Positions 55,452-64,000 of a stretch of 64,000 bases of DNA are shown here, piece by piece (the stretch's first letter is position 1; each line of letters begins with the position of its first letter). The position numbers and the translations under genes are program-made. Source of the stretch: Candidatus Cryptobacteroides sp. (GTDB taxonomy: Bacteria; Bacteroidota; Bacteroidia; Bacteroidales; UBA932); NCBI GenBank assembly GCA_045599265.1, contig JAZRVQ010000048.1:14627-78626 (forward strand), written 5' to 3'. Below the pieces are notes generated by a model, which was given only the letters and a program-made list of their open reading frames with translations, was not told the DNA's origin and ran no database searches.

Positions 55452-57053
55452 CTAGAACCTGACTCCCACTGTCACGACGGCTGTCCAGAGGTTGTGGAAA
55501 TTGAGGATCTCCGGAGAAGGCACGAGGTTTCCAGACGGGTCGAGCACATAGTCGTCATAAGGATAGATATACTCGTCCTTGTCCAGACGGCATCTGACAG
55601 CCGCGTCGCAGAAGAAGGCGCCGTTGCTTGAATAGCCGAGTCCTCCGGAAATGGCCTGGTCGAAGGTCTTGATTCCCTTTATCCCCGAAGTGGAGAAGTT
55701 GTAACCGGCACGGATTGCAAGCTGGCTGATTGGTTTGAATTCGGCGCCGGCCCTGAATGCATGCGCACAGCCAAGACTCGATTTGATGTCAGAATTGAGG
55801 TCGGCGAACGGTGAGTACTCGGACCTTGGAGCCGGCTTATATTTGATGCTGCCGAAATTGGTCAGTTCATAGTCGGCGCTGATGACACCGATGCGGCCGA
55901 TGGTGTATGCCAGTCCGGCATTGTACCTTGCAGGGCTGTGAAGGTTGTAGCGCTGATTGAACTCCGGAGTTGATGCAGAAGCATTGAACTTGCTGTTGTC
56001 AAAATTGGTCTCGGCGGCGCTGCCCCAGATTTCAGACACGGACGTGAGAGTCGGGGTCTGGACTGCAAGTCCTATGCGGACAGGGCCCGGTGTGACGATG
56101 ATTCCGAACTTGCCAAAGATTCCGGTGCCCTTCGCATCATAAAAATACTGGTATTTGAGGCCGGAGAAATATGTCTTGCCATCCTCGCCATAATCGATTT
56201 CGAAGTCGTTCCTGTCCAGCGGAGTCTCCTTGAGGTACTCGTCACTTGAATACGAAAGCGACTCCGAGCCAAGGTTCGCACCGAGGAACACAATGTCACC
56301 GATATTGAATCCGACATTGATGAGCACGTCATATTTGTTGCCCGTCACGTGGCGTCCCCATTCCTGACTCAATGCGCCTGCGGTGAAGAATTCCCTGCTG
56401 CCGTCGGTATTTTCAACGAACTGCTCGGTGGCGCCGACATAGTCATTGGTGCCGTCCACATTGGATATCATGCCTGACTGCCAGCCAAGTACGGCAAGGG
56501 CGTCGTAGTTGTCGTAGGCAGAATTGCCATAATAGGCACTGGTCGGGAAGCCTGACGCAACCTGGGCCACACGGCCTGCGAACGATGTGCCGTTATGGTC
56601 ACCGAAGGCGAATGTATTGTCCAGAAATGTTCCGGTTGCGTTGCACACAAAGCCGAAAGAGACATTTTTGAGTCCCCTTTTCATGCCGGTCTTGAAATCC
56701 ATCACAAAACCGACACCCGGCATAGCGAACTCACCCTTGGCGTTCTTGATGTTCTGGTCGAAACAATATGGATAGGTATCGCCCTGGAGTATGGTGCCCA
56801 TGGCGTTGGACGTGCTGATGGAAGCACCCATCGTGATGGAACTCTGCGAGTAACGCGCCACGGCGGAACCGGCGGGATTGATGCCCAGCGAGCCTATGTC
56901 GCCGCCCAGAGCCGTGAAGGCGTTGCCCATTGCGATGGTCCTGGCCGAGCCGAGATAATCGTTCTGGCTGAGTTTCAGCCCCTCATACGGAGTTTGTGCG
57001 AACATCTGTGCAGCCGACAGGGCAAGCACAGCTATTGATATTATCTTTTTCAT
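55452..57053 (-). CDS. Outer-membrane beta-barrel protein, FadL/OMPP1/TodX-like
   Basis: 533 aa. Signal peptide ...AQMFAQ. The N-terminal LGSARTIAMGNAFTALGGDIGSLGINPAGSA resembles Bacteroidota FadL-like barrels. It ends in ...VTVGVRF. Confidence 0.6.
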   Translation of the reverse strand: MKKIISIAVLALSAAQMFAQTPYEGLKLSQNDYLGSARTIAMGNAFTALGGDIGSLGINPAGSAVARYSQSSITMGASISTSNAMGTILQGDTYPYCFDQNIKNAKGEFAMPGVGFVMDFKTGMKRGLKNVSFGFVCNATGTFLDNTFAFGDHNGTSFAGRVAQVASGFPTSAYYGNSAYDNYDALAVLGWQSGMISNVDGTNDYVGATEQFVENTDGSREFFTAGALSQEWGRHVTGNKYDVLINVGFNIGDIVFLGANLGSESLSYSSDEYLKETPLDRNDFEIDYGEDGKTYFSGLKYQYFYDAKGTGIFGKFGIIVTPGPVRIGLAVQTPTLTSVSEIWGSAAETNFDNSKFNASASTPEFNQRYNLHSPARYNAGLAYTIGRIGVISADYELTNFGSIKYKPAPRSEYSPFADLNSDIKSSLGCAHAFRAGAEFKPISQLAIRAGYNFSTSGIKGIKTFDQAISGGLGYSSNGAFFCDAAVRCRLDKDEYIYPYDDYVLDPSGNLVPSPEILNFHNLWTAVVTVGVRF

Positions 57054-57081
57054 TGCAAGTCAAATAATTAAATCAACAGAA

Positions 57082-58386
57082 CTACCTACCTCTGCTGGCA
57101 GAACCGCCACCTCCCGAGTGTCCGCCACCGGAGTAACCGCCACCACTGGAATGGCCGCCTCCCGAATAAGACGAGCCGCCTGAATAGCCTCCCCTTGAAC
57201 CGGAATAACTGCTGCTGGAAGAACTGCTCCTTGCTCCGGAATAGCTGCTGCTTGATGAACTTCTGTATGAAGAACTGCTGCTGGAAGAACTTCTGTATGA
57301 AGAGCTGCCGTAACTGCTGCGCGACGGAGTGGAAGTAGAGTATGAGCCTGTCCTGGCGGTTGAACTGCCGGAAGAATGACGCACGGCCGGGGTGCTTGAC
57401 GTGGCCGCACTGCGGGATGTCGATGACGAAGAAGTGAAGCTGGAACGGCTTGTGGAGGATGCACCCGAACCTGTGTAGGATGAACGTGATGTCGAAGACG
57501 AGGTCACGGCCGTGCGGGAAGCCGGAGATGACCCGGCATTTCTGGACAATGCTCCGAGGGCCTCTGTGTCACCGTTTCTGTAGGCGACCGAACGCCTTGC
57601 CTCCGTTGTCCTGGACATGCCGGAGGTCGAATTGCGTGAAGACCTTGTCGCAGACGACGTGACAGCAAGACGGGAAGATGCAGATGTCCTGGACCCCAGG
57701 CGGTTGCCGCCGATCCTGTCGGATGCGTATCTCGTGCGGCTTATGTCCTGCTGAGGGTTGCGGCGGCCATCATGGTAGCCTGTCCGGTAGCCTCTGCCAT
57801 AGCCGTAATTGTAGTCATGCCATCCATAGCCATAAGGATATCCCCAGCCCCAATAGTACAGGCCGGCTCCGTATCCGCCATAATACCATGGATCATAGTA
57901 AGAATAGTACCATGGGTCGTACCATCCGGCATAGCCATAATATCCGTAATACCACGGATCGTACCAGCGTCCCCAGGCATATCTGTCATACCAGCTGTAG
58001 AACCCGTACGGACGGAACCAAGGACTGGTCCAGTAATTCCATGGGTCATAATAGCCATAATATCCTGTGTACCAGTATGGTTCATCATAAATATTGACAG
58101 TTGTGCCTTCTGGAACAGAGAGTGTCAGATTGTTGATCTTGTATTCCTGAAGACCCGGTGTCTTTGTCGAGACATCGACAAAAATGTCTGAGTCCTGAGT
58201 GAGGGAAATAAGAGAATCCGTCTCGGCGGTTGCGGCCTGTGCCTGCAACTTGTCTGCCGGGTCGCTCTTGAAATAGATGCCGTCATCAAACTGCTGCTTC
58301 GAGGCAGAGGACGCAGTTTTTGACGCAGTTCCGCAGGCGGACAGCGCCAAAACAGACGAAATGACAGCAAAAACTTTGATTTTCAT
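57082..58386 (-). CDS. Lipoprotein with extreme Trp/Tyr/Gly-rich and Ser/Thr/Arg/Gly/Tyr-rich low-complexity regions
   Basis: MKIKVFAVISSVLALSACGT lipobox. A globular segment of ~90 aa is followed by YWYTGYYGYYDPWNYW...WYDPWYYGYYGYAGWYDPWYYSYYDPWYYGGYG..., then ~200 aa of S/T/R and a terminal SYSGGGHSSGGGYSGGGHSGGGG. Several shadow ORFs in other frames reflect the DNA repetitiveness. Confidence 0.7.
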   Translation of the reverse strand: MKIKVFAVISSVLALSACGTASKTASSASKQQFDDGIYFKSDPADKLQAQAATAETDSLISLTQDSDIFVDVSTKTPGLQEYKINNLTLSVPEGTTVNIYDEPYWYTGYYGYYDPWNYWTSPWFRPYGFYSWYDRYAWGRWYDPWYYGYYGYAGWYDPWYYSYYDPWYYGGYGAGLYYWGWGYPYGYGWHDYNYGYGRGYRTGYHDGRRNPQQDISRTRYASDRIGGNRLGSRTSASSRLAVTSSATRSSRNSTSGMSRTTEARRSVAYRNGDTEALGALSRNAGSSPASRTAVTSSSTSRSSYTGSGASSTSRSSFTSSSSTSRSAATSSTPAVRHSSGSSTARTGSYSTSTPSRSSYGSSSYRSSSSSSSSYRSSSSSSYSGARSSSSSSSYSGSRGGYSGGSSYSGGGHSSGGGYSGGGHSGGGGSASRGR

Positions 58387-58480
58387 ATTATGACCTCCTT
58401 TGATTATCACAAAATTTTGTACCTTCGCGGTTCAAGTATTAGATGCAAATTTAACGAATTAGTTTAATATTATACAAATA

Positions 58481-59959
58481 ATGGCAAAAGAAGTCACAAA
58501 ACGGTCAGAAAACTACTCCCAGTGGTACAATGACCTCGTTGTAAAGGCAGACCTCGCCGAGCAGTCAGCGGTCAGGGGATGTATGGTCATCAAGCCATAC
58601 GGATACGCTATATGGGAAAAGATGCACGAAGTGCTGGACAAGAAATTCAAGGAGACAGGGCATCAGAACGCATACTTCCCTCTTTTCATCCCGAAATCCT
58701 TCTTCAGCCGTGAGGCCGAGCACGTGGCAGGTTTCGCCAAGGAATGTGCAGTCGTCACTCACCACCGCCTGATGAACGACCCGGCCGGCAAGGGCGTCGT
58801 AGTCGACCCTGAGGCAAGACTTGAGGAAGAACTTATCGTCAGGCCTACTTCCGAGACCATTATCTGGAGCACATACAAGAACTGGATCACATCATGGAGA
58901 GACCTCCCTATCCTCTGCAACCAGTGGGCAAACGTCGTGCGCTGGGAGATGAGGACAAGACTGTTCCTCCGCACCGCCGAATTCCTCTGGCAGGAAGGAC
59001 ACACCGCGCACGCAACTTCACAGGAGGCAATCGAAGAGGCACAGAGAATGGTGAACGTATATGCAGATTTCGCGCGCAACACCATGGCCCTGCCTGTGAT
59101 TATCGGCCACAAGAGCCCTAACGAGCGTTTTGCAGGCGCCCTCGACACACTCACCATCGAGGCGATGATGCAGGACGGAAAGGCACTCCAGGCCGGCACG
59201 TCACACTTCCTCGGCCAGAACTTCGCAAAATCATTCGACGTGCAGTTCACCAACAAGGAAGGCAGGCAGGAATATGTCTGGGCAACATCCTGGGGCGTCA
59301 GCACACGCCTTATGGGTGCACTCATAATGGCGCATGGAGACGACAACGGACTCGTTCTGCCTCCGGCACTTGCACCTATCCAGGTCGTCATGGTCCCTAT
59401 CTACAAGACCGACGAGGAGCACAACGCCATCCTTGACAAGATGGCAGAGATCAAGAAAGAGCTCGAGGCTGCCGGACACAGCGTCAAGATCGACGACAGA
59501 GACACACTCCGTCCGGGATTCAAGTTTGCCGAGTGGGAGCTCAAGGGCGTTCCTGTACGCGTCGCCATCGGTCCCCGCGACCTTGCCGCCGGCACAGTCG
59601 AACTCGCACGCCGCGACACTCTCACCAAGGAGACAGCAAGCGTCGAGGGTCTTGCCGGGCGCATCGGAACTCTTCTTGACGAGATACAGAAGAACATCTA
59701 CGAAAAGGCGTTCGCATTCCGCGCCGAGAATGTGCGCAAGTGCGACGACTGGGAAGAATTCAAGACCGAGATCCAGAAGGGCGGATTCCTTCTCTGCCAC
59801 TGGGACGGGACCCCTGAGACCGAGCAGGCCATCAAGGACGAGACAAAGGCCACCATCAGGTGTATCCCTGTCGATTCGTTCGTATGCGAAGAGGAAGGCA
59901 AGTGCATCTATTCCGGCAAGCCTTCACATCAGCGCGTTGTATTTGCAATTTCTTATTAG
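58481..59959 (+). CDS. proS: Proline--tRNA ligase (archaeal/eukaryote-like type)
   Basis: 492 aa. Starts [27 protein letters not shown]. Class II motifs are present ([24 protein letters not shown]), and it ends in ...VFAISY. Confidence 0.95.
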   Translation: MAKEVTKRSENYSQWYNDLVVKADLAEQSAVRGCMVIKPYGYAIWEKMHEVLDKKFKETGHQNAYFPLFIPKSFFSREAEHVAGFAKECAVVTHHRLMNDPAGKGVVVDPEARLEEELIVRPTSETIIWSTYKNWITSWRDLPILCNQWANVVRWEMRTRLFLRTAEFLWQEGHTAHATSQEAIEEAQRMVNVYADFARNTMALPVIIGHKSPNERFAGALDTLTIEAMMQDGKALQAGTSHFLGQNFAKSFDVQFTNKEGRQEYVWATSWGVSTRLMGALIMAHGDDNGLVLPPALAPIQVVMVPIYKTDEEHNAILDKMAEIKKELEAAGHSVKIDDRDTLRPGFKFAEWELKGVPVRVAIGPRDLAAGTVELARRDTLTKETASVEGLAGRIGTLLDEIQKNIYEKAFAFRAENVRKCDDWEEFKTEIQKGGFLLCHWDGTPETEQAIKDETKATIRCIPVDSFVCEEEGKCIYSGKPSHQRVVFAISY

Positions 59960-59975
59960 ACAAATATTTACCAAT

Positions 59976-61136
59976 ATGAAAAAGACACTCATAATTCTGG
60001 CATCACTTATCGTTCCGACATGCGTTTTCGGACAGGATACAGACGCAGCCGTCGAGGCAGCACAGGAACTCGCAGCAGCTCCCGAGGCTGTTGCTCCAGC
60101 ACCAAAATTCAAGGATTACTGGACAAACTCGCTCAAGACCAACATCAACTTCGGCCAGACCGGTCTCTGGAACTGGGCAGCAGGCGGTGACAACACCTAC
60201 TCTCTCGCAGCCTACATCGACGGCAATGCCAACTATGCAAAGGACGCGATGTTCTGGAACAACCGCCTCCAGCTGGACTACGGTTTCCTCTATGCTTCCA
60301 AGACTCCTATTCTCCAGAAGAATATGGACCGTATCTATCTTGAAAGCAAGTGGGGCTACAAGATCAAGGACAAACTCTTCTTCTCAGCCAACTATGACTT
60401 CAAGAGCCAGTTCACGACCGGATGGAGCTACAACACCCCTGCTGATGTCACAGGACTTGCAGGCAAAGAATTGAGACAGGCCTGGAAGGATGCACGCGCA
60501 CCTCTTTCCAACATTCTCTCCCCTGCCTACACCAACCTTGCCCTCGGTATCGACTGGAAGCCGAAGGACTGGTTCAGCGTCAGCTTCTCTCCTCTCACTG
60601 CCAGCTACACTATCGTCAACGACCCTCAGTTCAGACAGAACTACGGAATGTACCTCAAGAAGGATTTCCGTGCAGAAGACAGCAGGGACGCCATCCACGA
60701 GAACTACAAGGCAGAATTCGACGCCATGACTGATGCCAAGCAGAAAGGTGACAAGTTCTACTCTGCAGCAAGATTCGCATTCGGTGCCCAGTTGAAGGTT
60801 GACCTCAAGGCACAGATCAACGACAACTTCACATACACCACTCAGCTGGTACTCTTCGAGGATTATATCAAGGACCACAAGGCTCATCCATGTCCTCGTA
60901 TCAACTGGGACAACCGCATCGACTGGAAACTCGCCAAGTATTTCGCCCTCACACTCACGACCAACCTCATCTATGATGACTATGTGATGTTCAGTGGCGA
61001 CAACTTCACGTCAAAGTGTAACAAGAACGCCGCATATGCAGCCAAGCATCAGGCAGCAGGCCAGGGTCCTCTCGTACAGTTCAAGGAAAGCCTTTCCTTC
61101 GGTTTCACCTACACCATCGCATCAAAGAGCAAATAA
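59976..61136 (+). CDS. DUF3078 domain-containing outer-membrane protein
   Basis: Signal peptide MKKTLIILASLIVPTCVFGQ. WTNSLKTNINFGQTGLWNWAAGGDNTYSL matches the DUF3078 start from memory. The track's long N-terminal extension overlaps proS. Confidence 0.7.
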   Translation: MKKTLIILASLIVPTCVFGQDTDAAVEAAQELAAAPEAVAPAPKFKDYWTNSLKTNINFGQTGLWNWAAGGDNTYSLAAYIDGNANYAKDAMFWNNRLQLDYGFLYASKTPILQKNMDRIYLESKWGYKIKDKLFFSANYDFKSQFTTGWSYNTPADVTGLAGKELRQAWKDARAPLSNILSPAYTNLALGIDWKPKDWFSVSFSPLTASYTIVNDPQFRQNYGMYLKKDFRAEDSRDAIHENYKAEFDAMTDAKQKGDKFYSAARFAFGAQLKVDLKAQINDNFTYTTQLVLFEDYIKDHKAHPCPRINWDNRIDWKLAKYFALTLTTNLIYDDYVMFSGDNFTSKCNKNAAYAAKHQAAGQGPLVQFKESLSFGFTYTIASKSK

Positions 61137-61142
61137 ATCCAT

Positions 61143-62453
61143 ATGAAGGTACTCCTCGCAGTTAGCGGAGGCATCGACTCAATGACTATGGCTGATATCT
61201 GCGTCAGCCATAGTCGTTTTTGCCCCCTGGAACTGCAGGATGCCGAATTCGCCATTGCACACTGCAACTTCCACCTTCGCCCGGGAGACTGCGACCTTGA
61301 CGAGAAACTGGTCAGGGAATGGGCCGAGGGCCACTGTGTCCCGTTTTTCAAAAAGGATTTCGATACACAGTCATACGCATCCGGCAGGGGGATAAGCATC
61401 GAAATGGCGGCACGCGACCTGCGCTATGCATGGTTTGCCGAACTCTGCGAGACAGAGGGATTCGATGCAGTGGCAGTGGCCCACAATGCAAATGACAATG
61501 CCGAGACGCTGATGCTCAATCTCCTGCGCGGCACCGGCATCCGCGGATTGTGCGGAATGGATCCATCCGGGAACTGGAACGGCTGCCTGTCGTACGGCAA
61601 TGCCGAGGCCCACTGGCCAAAGCTGATGCGTCCGCTTCTGGGCATGACCCGCAGGGACATCGAGCACTATGCCACGCTGTACCATGTCCCGTACCGGACA
61701 GACAGGACAAACCTCGAGAACGAGTACAAACGCAACAAGATACGCAATCTCGTATTCCCTGTGTTCGAAGAGATCAACCCGTCATTCATTCAGACGCTTG
61801 GCAGCGACATTGCACATTTCCGTCAGGCGGCAGACGTGCTTGACCACTGGGTGGACAGCCACAGACTCGAGGTGACAGGCACGGATCCGGACGGCAACAC
61901 ATTCATTTCTGTGAGCCGGCTCACAGCTACCGAAGACTGGGAATACCTCCTGTACCGCATCCTTGAAGAATGGGGATTCAACGGATCCGTTGCAGAGTCC
62001 CTGACAGGACTTATCCGCTCCGGCAAGGCCACCTTTGCCGGAAAGACATTCACCGGCGAGGACCATTCCATCGTCACGGCACCGGACCGCATCATAATTT
62101 TCAGAGAAATTCCCGAAACCGAATATGACATTTCCGAGTATGAATACACGCCGGGAATGCCCCTCAAATGCCCTCCAGGCGTGCTTATTATGGACGCCGG
62201 CAAGGTCCCGGCAGACTACATCATCCGCCATTGGGAAGACGGAGACTGGCTGGTTCCGCTAGGAATGAAGGGCAGAAAAAAGGTCAGCGACCTCTTCACC
62301 GACCTCCATCTTAATCTGCTCCAGAAGCAGAAAAGTCTCGTCCTGGCAACGCCGGGAAGCAGTCATGTCCTGGCCGTCCTCGGACTCCGCATCGACGATT
62401 CCGTCAAAGTGACGCCAGCAACTGAAAAAATCATCAAAATTCTTTCTTTGTAG
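61143..62453 (+). CDS. tilS: tRNA lysidine(34) synthetase
   Basis: PP-loop VSGGIDS, with HNANDNAETLMLNLLRGTG and a C-terminal TilS domain. Confidence 0.9.
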   Translation: MKVLLAVSGGIDSMTMADICVSHSRFCPLELQDAEFAIAHCNFHLRPGDCDLDEKLVREWAEGHCVPFFKKDFDTQSYASGRGISIEMAARDLRYAWFAELCETEGFDAVAVAHNANDNAETLMLNLLRGTGIRGLCGMDPSGNWNGCLSYGNAEAHWPKLMRPLLGMTRRDIEHYATLYHVPYRTDRTNLENEYKRNKIRNLVFPVFEEINPSFIQTLGSDIAHFRQAADVLDHWVDSHRLEVTGTDPDGNTFISVSRLTATEDWEYLLYRILEEWGFNGSVAESLTGLIRSGKATFAGKTFTGEDHSIVTAPDRIIIFREIPETEYDISEYEYTPGMPLKCPPGVLIMDAGKVPADYIIRHWEDGDWLVPLGMKGRKKVSDLFTDLHLNLLQKQKSLVLATPGSSHVLAVLGLRIDDSVKVTPATEKIIKILSL

Positions 62454-62462
62454 CACTCTTTT

Positions 62463-62582
62463 GTGGCGTCCATCCCCAATGGCCGTCTCGCTGACGCTCA
62501 ACCCCTTTTCTTCCGCTACGCGGAATTCATTTCCCTCTTACGATGCCGAGGGTGGCAACGGGCCACGGAGGATGGACGCCAC
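62463..62582. repeat. Large imperfect palindromic intergenic element with 13-bp arms and a 94-nt spacer
   Basis: GTGGCGTCCATCC (62463-62475) pairs with GGATGGACGCCAC (62570-62582). The spacer starts CCAATGGCCGTCTCGCT, sharing the GGCCGTCTC core with the element at 24132-24220. It lies between the convergent tilS and DUF1573 genes. Confidence 0.6.
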
Positions 62583-63649
62583 TACCGACGAATTATGACA
62601 TTGATTGTTATTACCGGAGATTTGGGAGAATCCGTATATATCTTGATTTTTGAATATTTACAATCAGGACTGACTTCACTGTACAAACGAATCGCTATTT
62701 TTTTCCAAAAGAAAGGAAGAATCTTTTTCGGGGCATCTTCTATTTGGATCTCATCGTCTTTATAGTCTATTTGCAGTATCCTGATTGTAGATAGACCTTT
62801 ATTCATCAGGTGTACTTTCCGTAAAGTATTCCCTTCTCTATTCAAGATTAACACATCATCCGAAAGTCTCAATTTCGACCGAAGAATCCACCCCAAACGG
62901 CTTTTCACCTTTACAAATTCAGGAAGCTTTTCAACAGAAAACACAAGTTTCCCCGATTCTTTACCATTTTCTTTGACTATTACATCGTGTCGATGTATTC
63001 CAATCTGTTCAGACTCATCGAAGATCGAGCAATATAGGCTGCTGGTAGAATGAGGCGGCACAGGATTTTCTGACAACGAATATAACAGTTCATCATTGTC
63101 AGTAGAAAAATCCAACAAGACAGGAATATCAGAATAATTATACACTATCGTACTGACCGTTTCCGAAAGCCCATCTTGTATCACACCGCCAGAAAAATCA
63201 CGTCTCGAGAAACCAGCACTTCCTATCCTTATAGGGAATGTCCCCTCCGGATTCCCCTCATAGATATATCCTCGGATTTTCAAATCCTCAACTGAATCAT
63301 CATAATATATTGACACAGTGTGCTCAAATGCTCCGTATATCAATGAAGGGGTAAGCGAGACTGACAATTCACCTGTTTCATCGGGTTTAAGTCTATCAGT
63401 ATAACAAACAACATTGACACAACCGCAAGAAGGCCTCACATCCGTAATCTGTATGTCTTTCTTGCTGACATTGCGGTATTCAAAATACCCCTCATACACA
63501 TTATGTTCCATTGGAATTTTATCGAAGTCAATCGTTTCTGATTTGAATTCCAACCCGGCCCCGGACGCAACACCACTGGCAAAAAACAACATGAAGCAGA
63601 CCGACAGACAACATATCCACGATGATATAAAACAATCACGAACTAACAT
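62582..63649 (-). CDS. DUF1573 domain-containing protein
   Basis: 355 aa, AT-rich. A signal/TM segment is followed by FEYRNVSKKDIQITDVRPSCGCVNV, the DUF1573 SCGC signature. Confidence 0.65.
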   Translation of the reverse strand: MLVRDCFISSWICCLSVCFMLFFASGVASGAGLEFKSETIDFDKIPMEHNVYEGYFEYRNVSKKDIQITDVRPSCGCVNVVCYTDRLKPDETGELSVSLTPSLIYGAFEHTVSIYYDDSVEDLKIRGYIYEGNPEGTFPIRIGSAGFSRRDFSGGVIQDGLSETVSTIVYNYSDIPVLLDFSTDNDELLYSLSENPVPPHSTSSLYCSIFDESEQIGIHRHDVIVKENGKESGKLVFSVEKLPEFVKVKSRLGWILRSKLRLSDDVLILNREGNTLRKVHLMNKGLSTIRILQIDYKDDEIQIEDAPKKILPFFWKKIAIRLYSEVSPDCKYSKIKIYTDSPKSPVITINVIIRR

Positions 63650-63758
63650 ATTTTATGTTTAAAAAAATATCAGGGCCAGTCTATCGGCTGGCCCCAAACA
63701 AAAAATGAAATTGCTATAGCGGGAGTATTGACTTCTTCATATCGTCATTACAAAATGA

Positions 63759-63998
63759 TTACCGAATATGAGTAGACGTATAAATCATCAGCCCCACAAA
63801 CAGTATCAAAGACAAGACGAAACCCACCCACAGAATAATCTTAATCCACTTCACAAGACTGTCTCTTGAGGTAAAAAAAGGAATTTTGCCATCTTCCTGT
63901 CCTAGCATTGTGGAAAAAACCAAGGCCACTACCCCAAAAATAGGAGCAATAATTAACTCGATGATTGAAAATAAAAGAAGTTTTGAATCTGTTCTCAT
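63759..63998 (-). CDS. Hypothetical small membrane protein
   Basis: 79 aa, AT-rich, with two hydrophobic helices. No other support. Confidence 0.3.
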   Translation of the reverse strand: MRTDSKLLLFSIIELIIAPIFGVVALVFSTMLGQEDGKIPFFTSRDSLVKWIKIILWVGFVLSLILFVGLMIYTSTHIR

Positions 63999-64000
63999 AA

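Noticed and set aside
57060-58191. Multiple ORFs of 115-139 aa in other frames and on the plus strand across the low-complexity gene
   Set aside because: They are artefacts of repetitive, stop-poor DNA. Only the frame with a lipoprotein signal peptide and an ordinary N-terminal domain is credible.
59334-59975. N-terminal extension that makes the DUF3078 gene 600 aa, with similar long extensions at 34560, 36665, 41200, 42074, 45609 and 48715
   Set aside because: The extensions overlap upstream genes or promoter boxes and are Ser/Arg/Pro-rich. Internal ATGs followed by signal peptides, or known N-termini, give the expected protein lengths.

Overview
This window reads as a chromosomal segment of a relatively GC-rich Bacteroidota, probably Bacteroidales. 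Supporting signs are TAnnTTTG -7 promoter boxes before many genes, almost no Shine-Dalgarno sequences, TonB-dependent and other beta-barrel outer-membrane genes, and DUF3078, DUF1573 and PASTA-rluD neighbourhoods. About 60 genes are packed tightly, often with ATGA or TAATG overlaps. Most are housekeeping: hisS, proS, lon, ung, coaD, rluD, tilS, lnt, alr, rng, hup, ndk, sppA, manA, sdaA, an nfnAB-like pair and an initiator tRNA-Met. Envelope genes and several small, visibly AT-rich accessory islets sit between them (7.7-8.3 kb, 25.5-27.8 kb, 38.7-39.7 kb, 62.6-64 kb). I found no CRISPR array, transposase, integrase or rRNA. Two features were missing from the supplied ORF track and were found by hand: a 977-codon AddB-like nuclease gene that runs off the left edge (1..2932, minus strand) and a 29-codon highly basic ORF (45106..45195). 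The candidates for undescribed biology, in my order of preference, are: (1) A radical SAM/SPASM enzyme translationally coupled to a Cys-motif lipoprotein; a second lipoprotein paralog lies 3.4 kb away, and an AT-rich insert between them carries a lipoprotein gene broken by two in-frame stops (25069-29406). (2) A lipoprotein with an extreme Trp/Tyr/Gly and Ser/Gly/Tyr low-complexity region, sitting directly upstream of a FadL-like outer-membrane barrel (55452-58410). (3) A His/Cys-rich membrane protein, TonB-dependent receptor and HMA-domain protein operon (31695-34666). (4) A rearranged patch with a 100-bp gene-start duplication, a toxin-antitoxin-like pair and two truncated genes (38601-41170). 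All functional calls rest on motif recognition by eye and on my memory of protein families. None has been confirmed by a search.
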